64,000 nt of DNA from Bilabrum cf. latius (taxonomy: Eukaryota), in assembly GCA_965178125.1 (NCBI GenBank), contig OZ237747.1, positions 1,116,001-1,180,000 on the forward strand, written 5' to 3'. The translations under genes were made by a program, and so were the position numbers. Under the pieces are notes generated by a model that worked only from the letters and a program-made list of their open reading frames with translations, was not told the DNA's origin and made no database searches. This document shows, piece by piece, positions 49,901-62,276 of the stretch (the first letter of the stretch is position 1; each line of letters starts with the position of its first letter).

Positions 49901-52900
49901 TCAAGACGATGCATCGGGCCTCGCGGATCCGTCCTCCTTTTGCGCGGATTCTATCCATCGCGCACCGATCCACCCAGGCCTACCTGGGACAGCGCTGTGC
50001 CAGTAATCCGCCCCGGCAGCGGCAGCGTACTCGAACCGCTTCTACCAGGTCCCCGCGTGCTCCTGGTCCTCGCGTTGGCGGGCCAAAGCTCCATCTCCTG
50101 CCTGCCCATTGCCACCACCGCCCTCACCCCCCGCCTCACATGGCGCCTCCACGCTCCTGTCCTCCTTTCGCATCGCAGCCAGCTCGCTCAAACCAACTTC
50201 CCGCATCGCCTACTTCTCCCTGCGAGCGCGCTCTGCAGCCGCACTCATCACACCGCGCTGGGCCTCATCGGCCGCCTCGCGCTGCCTCCTCACCATGAGG
50301 GCACTCAGCTGACCCGCGTCCGGCCACCGGCCCCTGTCCACGGCCTCTTGCATCAGGGCGAGGTGCGCCGCGCGGTCGGGATACGCGTGCTGGCAGGCAT
50401 CCACCGCGCGCAGGCGGGCCAGCGCGCGGGCGGGGAGGCCCCTCGGATCCGATGGCAGGGGAGCTCGGGCTGCTGTGGCTGCGGGAGCTGGCGAGCCGTC
50501 GGAGCCCGCCCCGCTGGCAGCTGGCACTACACCACCGTGCGATGCAGCCTGCTTCAGCCACTCCGTGGCCAAAGTCACGCTGACAACCGGACACACGGCC
50601 TGCTCGGAGCGGTACAACCAGAGCCCTCGACGGGTGCATTGCACTGTCGTGCTGTCCGATAGACTGCCGTCAGCACCACTGGACTCCTGCGGTGCACGGC
50701 CCACCACTACCTCCACGGCAACGGAGCCGCCCTCGCTCTCGATGGCCTTGAGGGGGTCCTCCTGCGCAGCCGATGCGTCACTGGGCTTGACTCCGCTATT
50801 GCCTCCCTCTTGGCTGTGTTCTTCTGCTTTGCCACGATTTGCGCTGGACACCGGCTTGCCCTCAGCTGCATCCGCGGAACCGGCCGCAGAACCATCGCCA
50901 ACACCCGCACTACCGCCCTCCCCCTTGGTTTGCGAACCAGCAGAGGCCTATGCACCAGCGGTCCCTTCTCCACCCTCCTGGTCCTACTCCCCTGCAACGG
51001 GCAGCACCCGCCCCACTGCATCCGGTGGCAGCGACCAAGCGCTCTCACCGGTGCCCTCATGCTGGTACCATACTGCACCGCTCGTGGCGTCGTACAGCTC
51101 CACCCACACGTCACCTGCCGCCTCTCCACCCCCACCCACGCCTTCAAAGCGACGCAGCGCCACGGCACGAGCTGCCATGTCCGTTGAGTACGACTGCTGG
51201 AACCAATCACCACCCGCCTCCTAACCCTGACCCTGGCCCTGACCCTGACCCTGGCCCTGCCATGCTCCATCCCCCTGAGCCTCGCCGGCAGCACCCTCTA
51301 CTTCAAATCCGCTGCCTGCAGGTGGCATCCACCTGTACTCTCCGCTCTGCTCGTGCCAGTAGTAGTACGCGCCCGCATCATCGCTCCAACCACGCCACCA
51401 CCCGCTCCCAGGCGCCCCTGGCTGCAGCGCGAATTCATAGCCAGTCACGCTGCCAAGGTCCTGCGGTATGCCCGCGTACGATTGAGCCTACGACTGGGCA
51501 TGAGACTGGTCGTTGGGCTGCTCATGCTCAGCAGCAGCGATAGCCTCGGCTTTAGCACCAGATGCGCTGTTCGATACGTCGGGCTTGCCTTCGTCCTCAC
51601 TCTCGTCACCACCGTCCTTGTCGTTGTTGCCCCGCTCCTGCTTGCCGCTTTCCTCACGCTCCTGCCTCTCTCTCTCCGCCTTGTCTCGCTTCCGCTTCGC
51701 GCACTGCTCGATCCAGGCCAGCCGATCCGCCTCCTGGTGCTCCACGATGCCTCGGGGCAGCCAGCCTCCCCACACGCGGTACTCGAGCGGAACCGTCCAT
51801 TTGCTGGCCTGCGTGACCGGGTTGTAAAAGTACCACGCGGTTGGGTCATCCTCGGCTCCAGACCCAACGGCGGCGCCAGGCACCTGCACGCACACCCACG
51901 GGTTGCCCCCGCGCGCCACAGCTGCCCGTACCACGGTCCCGCGCCAGCCCGCCTGCAGCGCCGCCGCTGCCGCCGCCCGTCTCGTTCTCCACCGCTTCCA
52001 CCGCAGGCGCCTCTGTTCCTTGGCCCAGCCCAGCGTGCGCCCCTGCAGCGGGGCCACTTCCCGCTGCGCCGCCCGCAGCCTCCTGCTGGCCTCGTTGGAC
52101 TGCTCCTGGATCCCGTCCAGCTTGAGCCGCAGGACGCGCCGCTTCCCCTCCATCCCTTTCAGTGACTGCACGAGGCGCTCCCTGAGCCAGGGCACGGGAT
52201 ACCTCTGCGAGGAGCCAGAGATCTTGTCGCTGTCCACTTCCTGGGCCCTCACGGATGACAGCGCCTCGAGCTCGGCCTCCCACTCCTTCTCCTTCTCTTC
52301 CAGCTGGCCCAGCTCCTCCTCTGCTTCTGCTTTCTCCTTCTGCAGCTTCTCCAGCTTTGCGCCCAGCACCTCCACCACGGCCTTCATGGCTGCCTCGCCC
52401 TCCAGCTGCATGGGCGCATCATCCCCGGCCTCCCTGCGCGCCTTGGCCTGCCGGATCGCCTCCTGTTCCGCCTCCAGGTCGCGCTTGTGCTGCGCGAGGG
52501 CGGCCGCCTCATCGGCGCCCAGCACGCCCCTCCACACCTTCTGCATGCCGATGGCCGCCGCGTGCTTGCGCTGCTACAGGTCGCGGGCGGCCTGCAGCAC
52601 TGCCACGAAGCCACGGGCCTGGTACACCCGCCACCGGGTCTGGATCCGCATGGCAGCGTCTTCTTCCACCATCAAAAGGTGCGCCCAGGCCCGTCTCACT
52701 GCAACCTGCTGCCTCCCCAGCGCGCCCCGCCACGTCCTCTGGATGTCCGTGGCGGCCTTCTTGCGCCTCAGTCGGTACTTTTCGTCCCACAGCCTGGCAG
52801 CGATCCCACGGGCCACCATGCACCGCCAGCAGCACTAGATCCGAACGGCGGCCGCCCTCCGCCTGGCCGCCTCCTCCCTTGCCAGCCGAAGCGCGTGCAT

Positions 52901-55900
52901 GATGCCCCGGGCCTGCCTTCTTTGCCAGGCCCACTGCAGCCGCTGGGCCGCACGGTGCTCGGCGATCTTTCGGGCCGCAGCTCTGGACGCCTCGTCCCGC
53001 AGCAGGTGCATCCTCCAGCGCGCGAGACACGCCCTGAGTCCCGCCTGCAGCACCCGCGCCGCGACGTCCCTCCTTTGCTCCTCTCGGAGTGCCGCAGCGG
53101 CCGCCTCGGCCTTGCGTCGCTGCATACCGTCGGCCACCTTGCGGCCCTCGTGCCCCCGCCACAGCTTCTGCAGCTTGAGCGCCGCCCTGTTCTGGCGCCT
53201 CAGCTCCCTTGCCTCTCTTCTCCGGGCCTTCTCCTCCCAGGCTGCCTTCTGCTCTATCCACGCACGCTGGATCCGCAGGGCGCTCGAGTTCAGGAGCAGG
53301 CGCCTGCGGATGCGCGAGACACGGCCCCTGGCCAGCGCCCCCCTGTGCCTGCTCTGCAGCCGGAGGACGGCCCACCGCCCGGCCTTTTCGGACCGCAGCC
53401 GGTGGGCCAGGGCCTGTGCCATCTTCATCCTCCACCAGTTCTGGACCCTCATGGCCCTGAAGTGCTGCTGCTTGCGCTCCTCCCACAGGTACTGCCTGTG
53501 CTTCTCGTCCGCCAGCGGCTCGAGGCCGTACCACTGCCGCCCCAGCCGAGCGAACGGGTGGTCCTCGGCCAGGTCTGCCAGGAAGTGACGCTGCACGAGC
53601 TTGCACCTGTCCAGCACGAGAGAGGTCAGCTGCGAGTAGGCCAGCACGAGCGAGCGGACCCCGCGCGGCTCCAACCGCGGGCTGCCGCTGAGGTCGAGGA
53701 GGCGGAGCCTGCCGAGAGCACCCGGCTTAAGTGAGGGCTTGGGCCGGTGCTGGGGAGCTGGAGAGCCCGTCTCGCCAGCCCCCGCATCCTCGTCCTCCTC
53801 GTCGTCGGAGAAACCATCATCCCAGCCCGCCCGCTCCGTTCTCTCGTCCCGTCGCGCGGCCGCCTCCACGATGGCCGCCCCTCGCACGGCCTCGTCGTCC
53901 TGTGCCCACCACTCCCCCGCCGCGGCCCGCTCGTCCCGCAGCAGCGACTCCCTGAGGGCGGCGGCCCGGCGCAGCGCGCCCCGCTCCGATGCCCCCATGG
54001 TGCGGCGGGTGGCCTGGGCGACGTCGGCGCCTTCCAACGTCGCGATGAGCAGCTCCGATCGAGCGATGATGCCTCGCGCGGCGTCGCCGGCGGGCGCCTC
54101 GTCCTCACCCTCAGCCCCTGCTGCGCCTCGCCTCGCCCGCTGCCTGCGCTTCCTGGCCCGCTTGGCCCGCTTCAGGGAAAGCACCCCGAGACCTGGGCGA
54201 GCGAGTTCCATGGCCAGCTCGGTGGAGACTGCGTCGGGCAGCCGCCCCAGCCTCAGTTCGCGAAGGTTCGCCACGGCTGCCTCTGCCTCCGGCCTCGCAA
54301 ACCATGCGAGCCCAGACGCCTTGAGCCCCAGGCAGCCGCTGAGGTCCAGTCTCACGAGCGACCCGCACTCTGTGGCCAGCCGCCTAGGAGCCGTGGATCC
54401 AGAAACCCTCGCGCAGTCGGATAGATCGAGCCTCTCGAGGCAATCGGACAGCAGGTCCACAACAGCCGACACGGTGCCCTCGGTCAGCTGCTTGCACGAC
54501 GGCAGCAGGAGCTCGTTGATCCGCCTGCACCCGTGAGCTAGGTCACGCACCCCTGCATCTGTCACAAAGGAGCAGCCACGCATGGACAGCCGCCTCAGCC
54601 CCGGGTTGTATGAGGCCAGGCCCCTGAGGACCTTGTCGGACACGTTCGGCGTCATGTCCAGCTCAACGTCCTCCAGCTTCCTGCAGCACTTGACCACCTC
54701 GCACACGCCCTCGTCCATCACCTTCTTGAGCCGGTTCAGCCGGAGTGTCCTGAGCTCCCAGAGTCCCCCTGCGATGCATCGCATGCCCTTGTCCTCCACC
54801 TGCCTGCACTCGCTGAGGTCGAGCACCTGCAGCTCGCGGCACCGCAGCCCGACCGCTCGCAGGCCGACGTGGGTGATCTCAGGAAGCCCGATGACTTCAA
54901 GTCTCCGCAGACCGGTGCACGCACGGGCGATGGCCCACAGACCCGCGTCCGTCACGGGCTTGCACCCGGGCGCGCCAAGCTTAAGCCCGGTCAGCGCGGG
55001 GGCCACCTCGGCGATCTCTTGGAGGGCGACGTCGGTCACCAGCGCGCCCGTTTCCGCGGATTGCTCCGCCAGGTCTATCTCGGACCGGAGGGACTGCAGG
55101 TCATCCGACAGGAATCCCCGCAGCAGAGTGGGCAGCCCGCTCTTGCGCTGCGACACCGCCCCCGGGGGTGCGCTGCTAGCGGATCCCCTGCCGGGCCCGC
55201 CCGCCATCGCCTCTGCCTCGAGCGAGCCGGGCAGAGGTGGCTCCCGCAAGGCCCGCAGGTCTCCCGTGCGGCCCAGACCCTGCGACTGTGGCGTTCCTGG
55301 TGCATCGGCAGAGGCGGCTCTCCTCCCCGGCGCGAGCAGCAGTGGCAAGGGCACGTCCTGTGCCCAATCCGGCACCGGTGGCTCGGCCGCCGCCGCCACT
55401 CGGTCTCGCACGCTGGACGGCAGCCGTGACGTGGCTGCGAGTCGCTTGGCGGAAGATGCCGCGGCTGCTTGGGCCGGGTCCGATGCCTTGCTGGGGTCGG
55501 CGGCCCTGTCCCTCTGCAAGATGACCGCGCGCGCTGTGCGCCTGACTTCTGCACCGGCGAGTCGCTGGGTGCGCACCACGCCCGAGCGGTCTGCGAGGGG
55601 CACGCCAGCGCCCGTCAGGTCTGGCGCATCAAGAGGGTCAAGCTGTGCCAGTGGGTGTGTCTCCGGGATCCCCAGCCTTGCTGCCCTGCGACGGACTGCG
55701 GGGTCCGCTGGCGGAGACACGCCGGGCGGGACATACCGCGTAGTGGACGTTCTTGATGCCGCGTGCTTTGCTTTCTTGCGCCTGCTCCGGCCCTTGGATC
55801 CAACCTGCCGCTCCACGGCTGCCATGATCTCCGTGGCACCAGAGGCAGCCAACGCGGCGGCGGCATGGCCACCGAGTGCCTTTCCGGCGGGCGTAAGGGT

Positions 55901-56380
55901 GTGGAGCAAAGAGCCACCAGGCGCGGCCTTAAGTCGCGCTTCTGTTAATGCATGCAAAACGGCCGAATCGGTCCCAAGCCCAAGGCCACCGCCTGGCGGG
56001 GACCCAGCCGCGCGGCTAGCAGCTTCATGTGAAGACTCCCACGCCTGCGCCTGCCCACTGCGCTCCATGGCGAATGCCTCTCTGCCAGCTGTCATGTCTA
56101 ATTGACGTTTCGAATGATGGCTCGGAGCTTGTCCACGCTGAGACCGCATAGATGCCGCTGGCCGGCCATCAGAATCGCGTTGCATGTGAGACGGGAGCTG
56201 TGGGAGCGAAACAGCCCCCATCTGCCGCATGCTGGAGTTCAGAAGCCCATATGCATGCGTTTCTTTGGTTTCTTCGAGGGCGTTGGAACCCGCGTGCCCC
56301 GCCACGCCCCTAGACTTGAACTGCACGGACGATCCGTTGAACGAGCTGCTTCGGTCCCTTTTCGATGATTTGCGCATCAA
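49901..56380 (-). CDS. ~2159-aa protein: FBXL-type LRRs + multiple IQ motifs + coiled coil + 3 WW domains
   Basis: LxxLxLxxC LRRs; IQ motifs (IQRAW, IQRTWRG, IQTRWR, I*CCWR); WW-like WYFYNPVTQASKW, YYYWHEQSGEYRWMPP, VWYQHEGTGESAWSLP. 8 TAGs in one frame; TGA stop. Confidence 0.85.
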
Positions 56381-56586
56381 ATTCTTAGGAGGTCACTAAC
56401 AGTGCAACAGTAATTGTGCACTCTAAAGATACAAGCAACAAGTATTGAAAAAGTCACTTCGGACGCTCGAAAAGTGGGATATGGTGTGTCCGCTGATGTG
56501 ACGATTTGGTTGCTGGGCAGGGCCCCGGGTTTAGTGAGCACGACAACGCCACAATGCGACCAAGGGGCTGGCGCGTACCCGTAGCA

Positions 56587-59118
56587 TCACCCCTGCAGCA
56601 ACAACTTCACGCACTCATCGTGACCCCCCAGACGAGCCGCCTCCAACGGACCCACCAACCGTCGCACCCCAGATGAACCGTCACCTCCACCGACCACCAC
56701 CTCGCCCTTCTTCTCCAGGCCACCAGCCAGTCGCCCCAGCCGCAGACGCTTTCCCAGCTCCAGAGGCCTCCCTTCACTTGCAGCCCTAAACACCATGTCA
56801 GCGTCGCGCTTAGCCTCATGCGCCCGACGACATGCAAGTAAATGACTCACGCGCACATCCCGATCGTGCCGCAAAGCATCGACGCAGTGGTCGGCCACGG
56901 CTGCCCCCAGCACCTCCCGCCCCATCGCCTGCATGCCCCGCACCGCGTCCATGCTCCCACCAGCGCGCAGGGCCATGGCGGGATATCCCACATACCGACA
57001 GTGCTGCAGCTCCTTCACGCTGTCAGACATGAATTCGCGATGGCAGTCGAAGTCTTTCACCATGAGGCTGCTTGCATTCATGCCGGCCTCGTCCTGCACG
57101 TCTCCCACGGCCAGCAGCAGCGCCACCACAGATGCCACCAGGTCACGCCGCCCCGGCGCACGTGCCTGGTCGGCCAGTTGCTCGCACGCGCCTCGGATGG
57201 CCCCTGCCGCGTACCGAGCCACAGCCATTGGATCTAGGTCCTCTTTCTGGGTCACCATGCGGAGCAGCACAGAGGCGCGGCCGCAGACATCGGGCAAACT
57301 CCCTGTTGCGGGCGGTGATGAGTCGGCCGCTCCACCTTCATCTCTGGCATTACATGCATGGCCCACTACTCCCGCACCACTGGTACGTACTTGGGGCGCT
57401 TCATCCAACCATTGCTGCGCGATGCGGCCCCGATACTACGCACTCGCAGCAACTTTGGCATCGATGGGATGCAGCCGGAACTTGAGGCTGGAGCCGCACC
57501 AGATGCTTGGCAAGCTGTCGTAGACCATGCCAGTGGTTTCTCTGGACCCGAGACCAAATGCATCGCGGAGAGGCTCAAACTGGGCTTTCTACTCGGCGTT
57601 GTCACCACTCTTGTTTAGGCGCATGCCCAGCAGGCTGGCGTTGGATATGAGCCCCTTCGACAGCTCTTCCATGGCTAGTCCGAATCGGTCCGAATACATT
57701 ACACCCATCTCTTGCAGCGCTGATTTGCCTGAACTACTTAGTGCAAGCCCAAGTGCTTTGGACGCTGATACGTCGAATCTGCCCCCCCACTGCTTCAGTC
57801 TCAGCATCGACCTGCTCCCAGCGAGGCCCTCAATCCATCGCGGTGATGCTGATTCTTTGCGAGCTCTGGCCTGCATGTTGAGCTCCACACTCTGCAGACT
57901 CACACATCCCTCGATGATACGACTCGTTGCTAGTTGGCATGCGTCGGGCACGCTTCCTGTGATCAGCCTTAGCTCCCGAACCGAGTGGTTCTTACCCATC
58001 GAGTCTGCTAGCGCCCCCAGCAGCACATCCTAGTCCTTGAACGCCTTGACCTCCAGCTTGCGGAGTGTCTGGTTGGTCTCTAGAGATCGGCAGAACGCCT
58101 TGGTGCCGTCTCCTAGCGCATCGCGAAAGGAAAACTTGAGCGATCGCAGCGTGGTGTTGCCAGCCAGGGCAGCTCCGATCTCGCCGGCAGACTCATCGGT
58201 AAGCCCTCCCTTAATGCGGAGGTGCCTGAGGGTTTTGCTGTGCTGTAGCACACGAGCAAATCCACGTGCCGTATTGTCGCCGTTCGTGCGCAGGATAGCA
58301 TGCTCTAAGCCAGTGTTGCGCTCCAAACCCTCCAGCATTGCCAGGCACCCCGCGTCTGTGGCTTCGACCCCTTGAATCGACAGCTCCCGCAGGGTACAGT
58401 TTGCCGCAAGCGCTTCGCCAATCTTGCGACCAGCTGCATCGTCAATGTACTACTAGTCTATGTCATCCTCCTCGCTGTGCTCCATAATCAGGCGTGATAG
58501 GGACGTGTTTACGATCACTGCGTCGAAGACCGCCAGCAAGATTGCTTTCGTAGCCCTGGTGTACACGATAAACTCGCGCAGGCTCGGTTTTGAGGCTAGG
58601 AGCTGTCGGATAGTGCCTTGCGCGGCTTCTGGTGACTGCTGCTGCAGCAGCCACCACAGGCCGTCGTCGAGAACACGGAGTGGAGGGCCGAACTTGCTTA
58701 GAACGGCTTCCATGAGGATATCAGCGCCCTTCGCGCTCATTTCAATATCACAGATACTTAACGCGTGTAGCTGCGGGCTGTCCTCGGAGCAAAGCCAAGC
58801 CGCAAATCGCCGCATTGCGTCTAGATCGCTCCCAAATACTCCGTCCGGCATACTGCAGCGCAATACAAGCATTTTGACGGACTTGTGCACCGAGAGAGCA
58901 TTACACAAATGGGGCAACATCTCAATTGTTGGATAAGCTACCCTTAGGCTCTGCAAATTTGGTGATGCCGTGATGAGCTCTACAGTGCCAGCCACGCAGT
59001 GCTCCCCGTCACTCTGACAGTCGACGGAAGCCGATACCACTGAAGGGTCATGTCTTAGCGCTGTTTTATATTCATTGAAGTCAATTGAGCCACTCGTGAA
59101 ATCGCGATACGCTTGCAT
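56587..59118 (-). CDS. RNI-like (NLRC3-type) LRR protein with a C-terminal ankyrin-like repeat, ~843 aa
   Basis: Repeats of the ALAGNTTLRSL type; PLEAARLGGHDECVKLLL. Four ORFs are joined by 5 TAGs; TGA stop. Confidence 0.8.
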
Positions 59119-59374
59119 TGTAGCTGCAAGTGGATACAGAAGACTTGAGTCGCACGAAATGAGGACGAGAACAACAACTTCAAGTTGAACCAATTTCCGC
59201 CGTGCGCGGTTTGCACACCACGCCAGATTGAACATGACTACCAACTTGCAAACGGAAGAGCGCAAGGTCTGGGCGCATGTCGATGAATTCCTTGCGCAGA
59301 AGAAATTCTAGCGGTTGGATAAACCATTGCAATTACGAATTCGACGTGCGCTATCGAGCATCAAGAAGGCTGCA

Positions 59375-62135
59375 TCACATTCCCGCGGGACCCCCTTGCG
59401 CGCCTCCAGCCCCCACTGGCTTGGCTCCCGGCCTCCTCTCTTCCTCCGCCTTGGCACTGGCCTTGATCGCAGACACGCGGGACCAGTCCACCCCGCGGCC
59501 AGCCACGGCGGAGAAGGCGGCCTGCATCTCCGGGATCGTCTCGGCCGCTTGCAGGGCCCGAGTGGCCTCAACCGCGTCGGGACCTGGTCCACCCGCCTTG
59601 GCTGCTTCCTCGGCGTCAGCGGGCGGCAGCTGCGGGATCACCCCGCCGTCGGCCTGGTGCCTCCACCGGTAGGCCAGCACCACCTGCTCAAGGTCACCGG
59701 CCTGGGGACCCCCGAACTGCCGCGCGATCTCGAGGGCCCTGGCCCACCGGAACAGACGAACGTTCATCTTCACGGCCCTGTACAGCAGCGGCGGGCTAGC
59801 CTGCAAAAGCACCCTCTCGGCCTCGTCGGGCCTCCTCCTCAGCAGTGCCATCTCGGCGGCCTGGCCCTCCCTCGAGGGCACCTCCTTCACGTGCTGCACG
59901 AAGTGCAGCTTGTCTGTCATGCGGAGTGCAGCCAGGGACACCTCGGCGGAGTCCAAGTGGGCCGCGTCGAGGGCCATGGCGGCCAGCGCGGCCCATAGGC
60001 AGTCCTCGCCCACGAACCGGCACAGCCGCACCGCATGCTCCCAGTTGGAGGCCTGGCACAGCCGGTGCAGTGCCGCGGTGTGCCGCCCCGCCGACTTGGC
60101 CACCATGGCCCCGTCCCCTTTCTCTGCCACCGCGAGGGCACCCCCGAAGGACCGGATCCGAGGGAGGGCTCCCCACTCGGCAGCGGGTCGCACCTCCCGC
60201 GCGGCCTCGCACAGCGTCCTATCGGTGAAGACAGCCGAAGGGGCAAGCCACGCGGCCAGCTGGCCGTCTCCCGCGGCCGCCAGCGCGTCTGCGTCATCGG
60301 CCCAAGCGCACGAGTCGCACATGCCCTGCAGCCTCTGGGGGTCTGGCGCCTGGAGGGGGGTGATCCAGAGGTCTCCGTTGGCGTCGAGGAGGGCGGCCCT
60401 GCGCCTAGCCAGCGTGTCGCTGAAGGTGGAGAGGGCCACCTGCTTCAGGGAACAAGTGTGGGAATAAGATGCGAGGGAGCGGCCGGTCCTAGTGTCGAAC
60501 ACACGGACCACCTTCGGGTCGCCCCCGTCGATCATCAGCAGCGCGTCACGGGCCAGCGACAACGTGGACGTGTCTAGCGTGTCGGCGCGCATGCCCGACT
60601 GGCGGGGCCTGCACAGCAGACGGCCGTCGTACGAGAAAATCGCCACGGTACCCGCAACGTCCACGGAGCAGAAATGGGCCCTGTCCAGCAGCAGCAGACG
60701 GGGCGGGGAAGATACTTCCACCGTGTGCGGGGTGGTGAAATCCGCCCCGGCCAGCTTGTACACGTGCAGGTGCGTGCGCGTGCCCACGACCATGTGGCCG
60801 TGCTGCATGGCCAGCGCGGTCACCCTGCCCCTGACCTCCACCATGTCACCGTCCAGGTCGCCCCCCGCCCCTGCCCCGCTGCCTGCTCCCGAGGAGGGGC
60901 CCCCGCCCATCCCGCTCGCAGCCGCAGTCCCGGCCGCGGCCGTCCCTTCCCCCGAGAAGACCTTGAGCGTGCTCCTGTCCACCAGCTCGGCAGAAGAGCC
61001 TCCGTCCGAGGCGGAGAGGCCGAGCACCGACGCAGCCACCGCGCGGCCACCAGCGCCTGCACCCGCGAGCGTGGTGCCGTCCGCGGACCAGCTCAGCTGC
61101 AGCAAAGAGCCCGCTGAGTGCACGTGCCTCGAGCGAGACCAGCCCAGCCGGTCGCAGAAACGGAGCGAGTCGTGCGAAGCGGCGGCGAACGTGGCACCGG
61201 AAGGGGACCAGGCGACCGCGGTCACGGCGTGTGGGAGGGCAGCCGAGGCGAAGAGCTGGCGCCCCGTGTCATCCCAGACCCTGTACTTGCCGTCCTCGCC
61301 CCCCGTCACCACCATGCCATGCACCGAGCTCCAGTCGGCGCACAGGCAGGCGCCGGCGTGCGCCTTCCACGTGGTGCGAGTCCGATCCGATCCCTTGGAT
61401 CGGATCACCACGTCACTGCCGGTGCACCAGAGCAACCGCTACCCGTCTGCGCTCCACCTAACTGCCCTCACGGGCCCGCTGGCCTGCTCTAGCTGTGAGC
61501 GGAGCATGCCCATCCGGCTCCAGAGCTTCACGCTGCCGTCCTCCCCGCCCGTTGCAACGTCCTCGCCGCTTGAAGACCAGGCGACCGCGGTCACGGCGCC
61601 CCGGCCCTTAGAGGACGCCTCGAAACGGCGCTCCTCCCTCCCCGTGCTGCTGTCAATCATACGAACAGATCCTGCGAGTACAGTCGGCGGAAACGCTGCC
61701 GTCGGCTTGCTGGTGGTCGGCTTGATTCAAGCCAGGACAGAGCATAGCTAAAGCGCAGCGGAAACTCACCATCCGTGCACGCAACTACGACTTGCGTCGA
61801 TGGGGTGCCCCTCCCAGTCACGACCCATCCAGCGGCAGCGACGGGAGCTGCCAGCTTGCAAACCTCTGCCGATGGGTCTCCTCCTTCACCCAGCGCCGTC
61901 AGCTCCGGGGTTCGTTTCATGGTAAGATCATCTGACATAGTCAAAAGCTATCCATCTGGCTACCATACACATGCGGTCACCGTGTCCTTGTCTGCGAAAT
62001 GCCATTCGGATCGAGCACAATCTACACCGATTCGTCCAGGGCAAGGGCAACACAGTAGCAGGAATCATGAGCAAGATGTAGCCCATGCATGGTCTTACGC
62101 AAGGACCTAGGAAGTTCGTTTACCTCCAATCGCAT
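59375..62135 (-). CDS. IFT80: Intraflagellar transport protein 80 (WD40 + alpha-solenoid)
   Basis: Spliced N-terminus MRLEVNELPRSLHKDTVTACVW*PDG*LLTMSDD. Motifs TGGEDGSVKLWSRMGMLRS, TGGEDGKYRVWD, WEHAVRLCRF, LYRAVKMNVRLFRWARALE. Introns at 62098-61992 and 61769-61672; 3 TAGs. Confidence 0.92.
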
Positions 62136-62276
62136 GGTTCAGCCCGCTAAGCAGTGCCACACGCACAGCTCCGAGCCGTTGCTGAGGCGCCGCGCATTCC
62201 AAAGCGGAACCAATCGTCAACAACTTGCTCCGGTTCTACGACCACGGACACCTCTGTATCCGACTGCCCTTGTCTC
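62136..62276. promoter_or_regulatory. Putative bidirectional promoter between IFT80 and the PRP38B-like gene
   Basis: Only 141 bp separate the divergent ATGs at 62135 and 62277. Confidence 0.5.

Noticed and set aside
43051-61751. Many long antisense or alternate-frame ORFs over the GC-rich genes
   Set aside because: These are shadow ORFs expected at high GC, with no domain signal.
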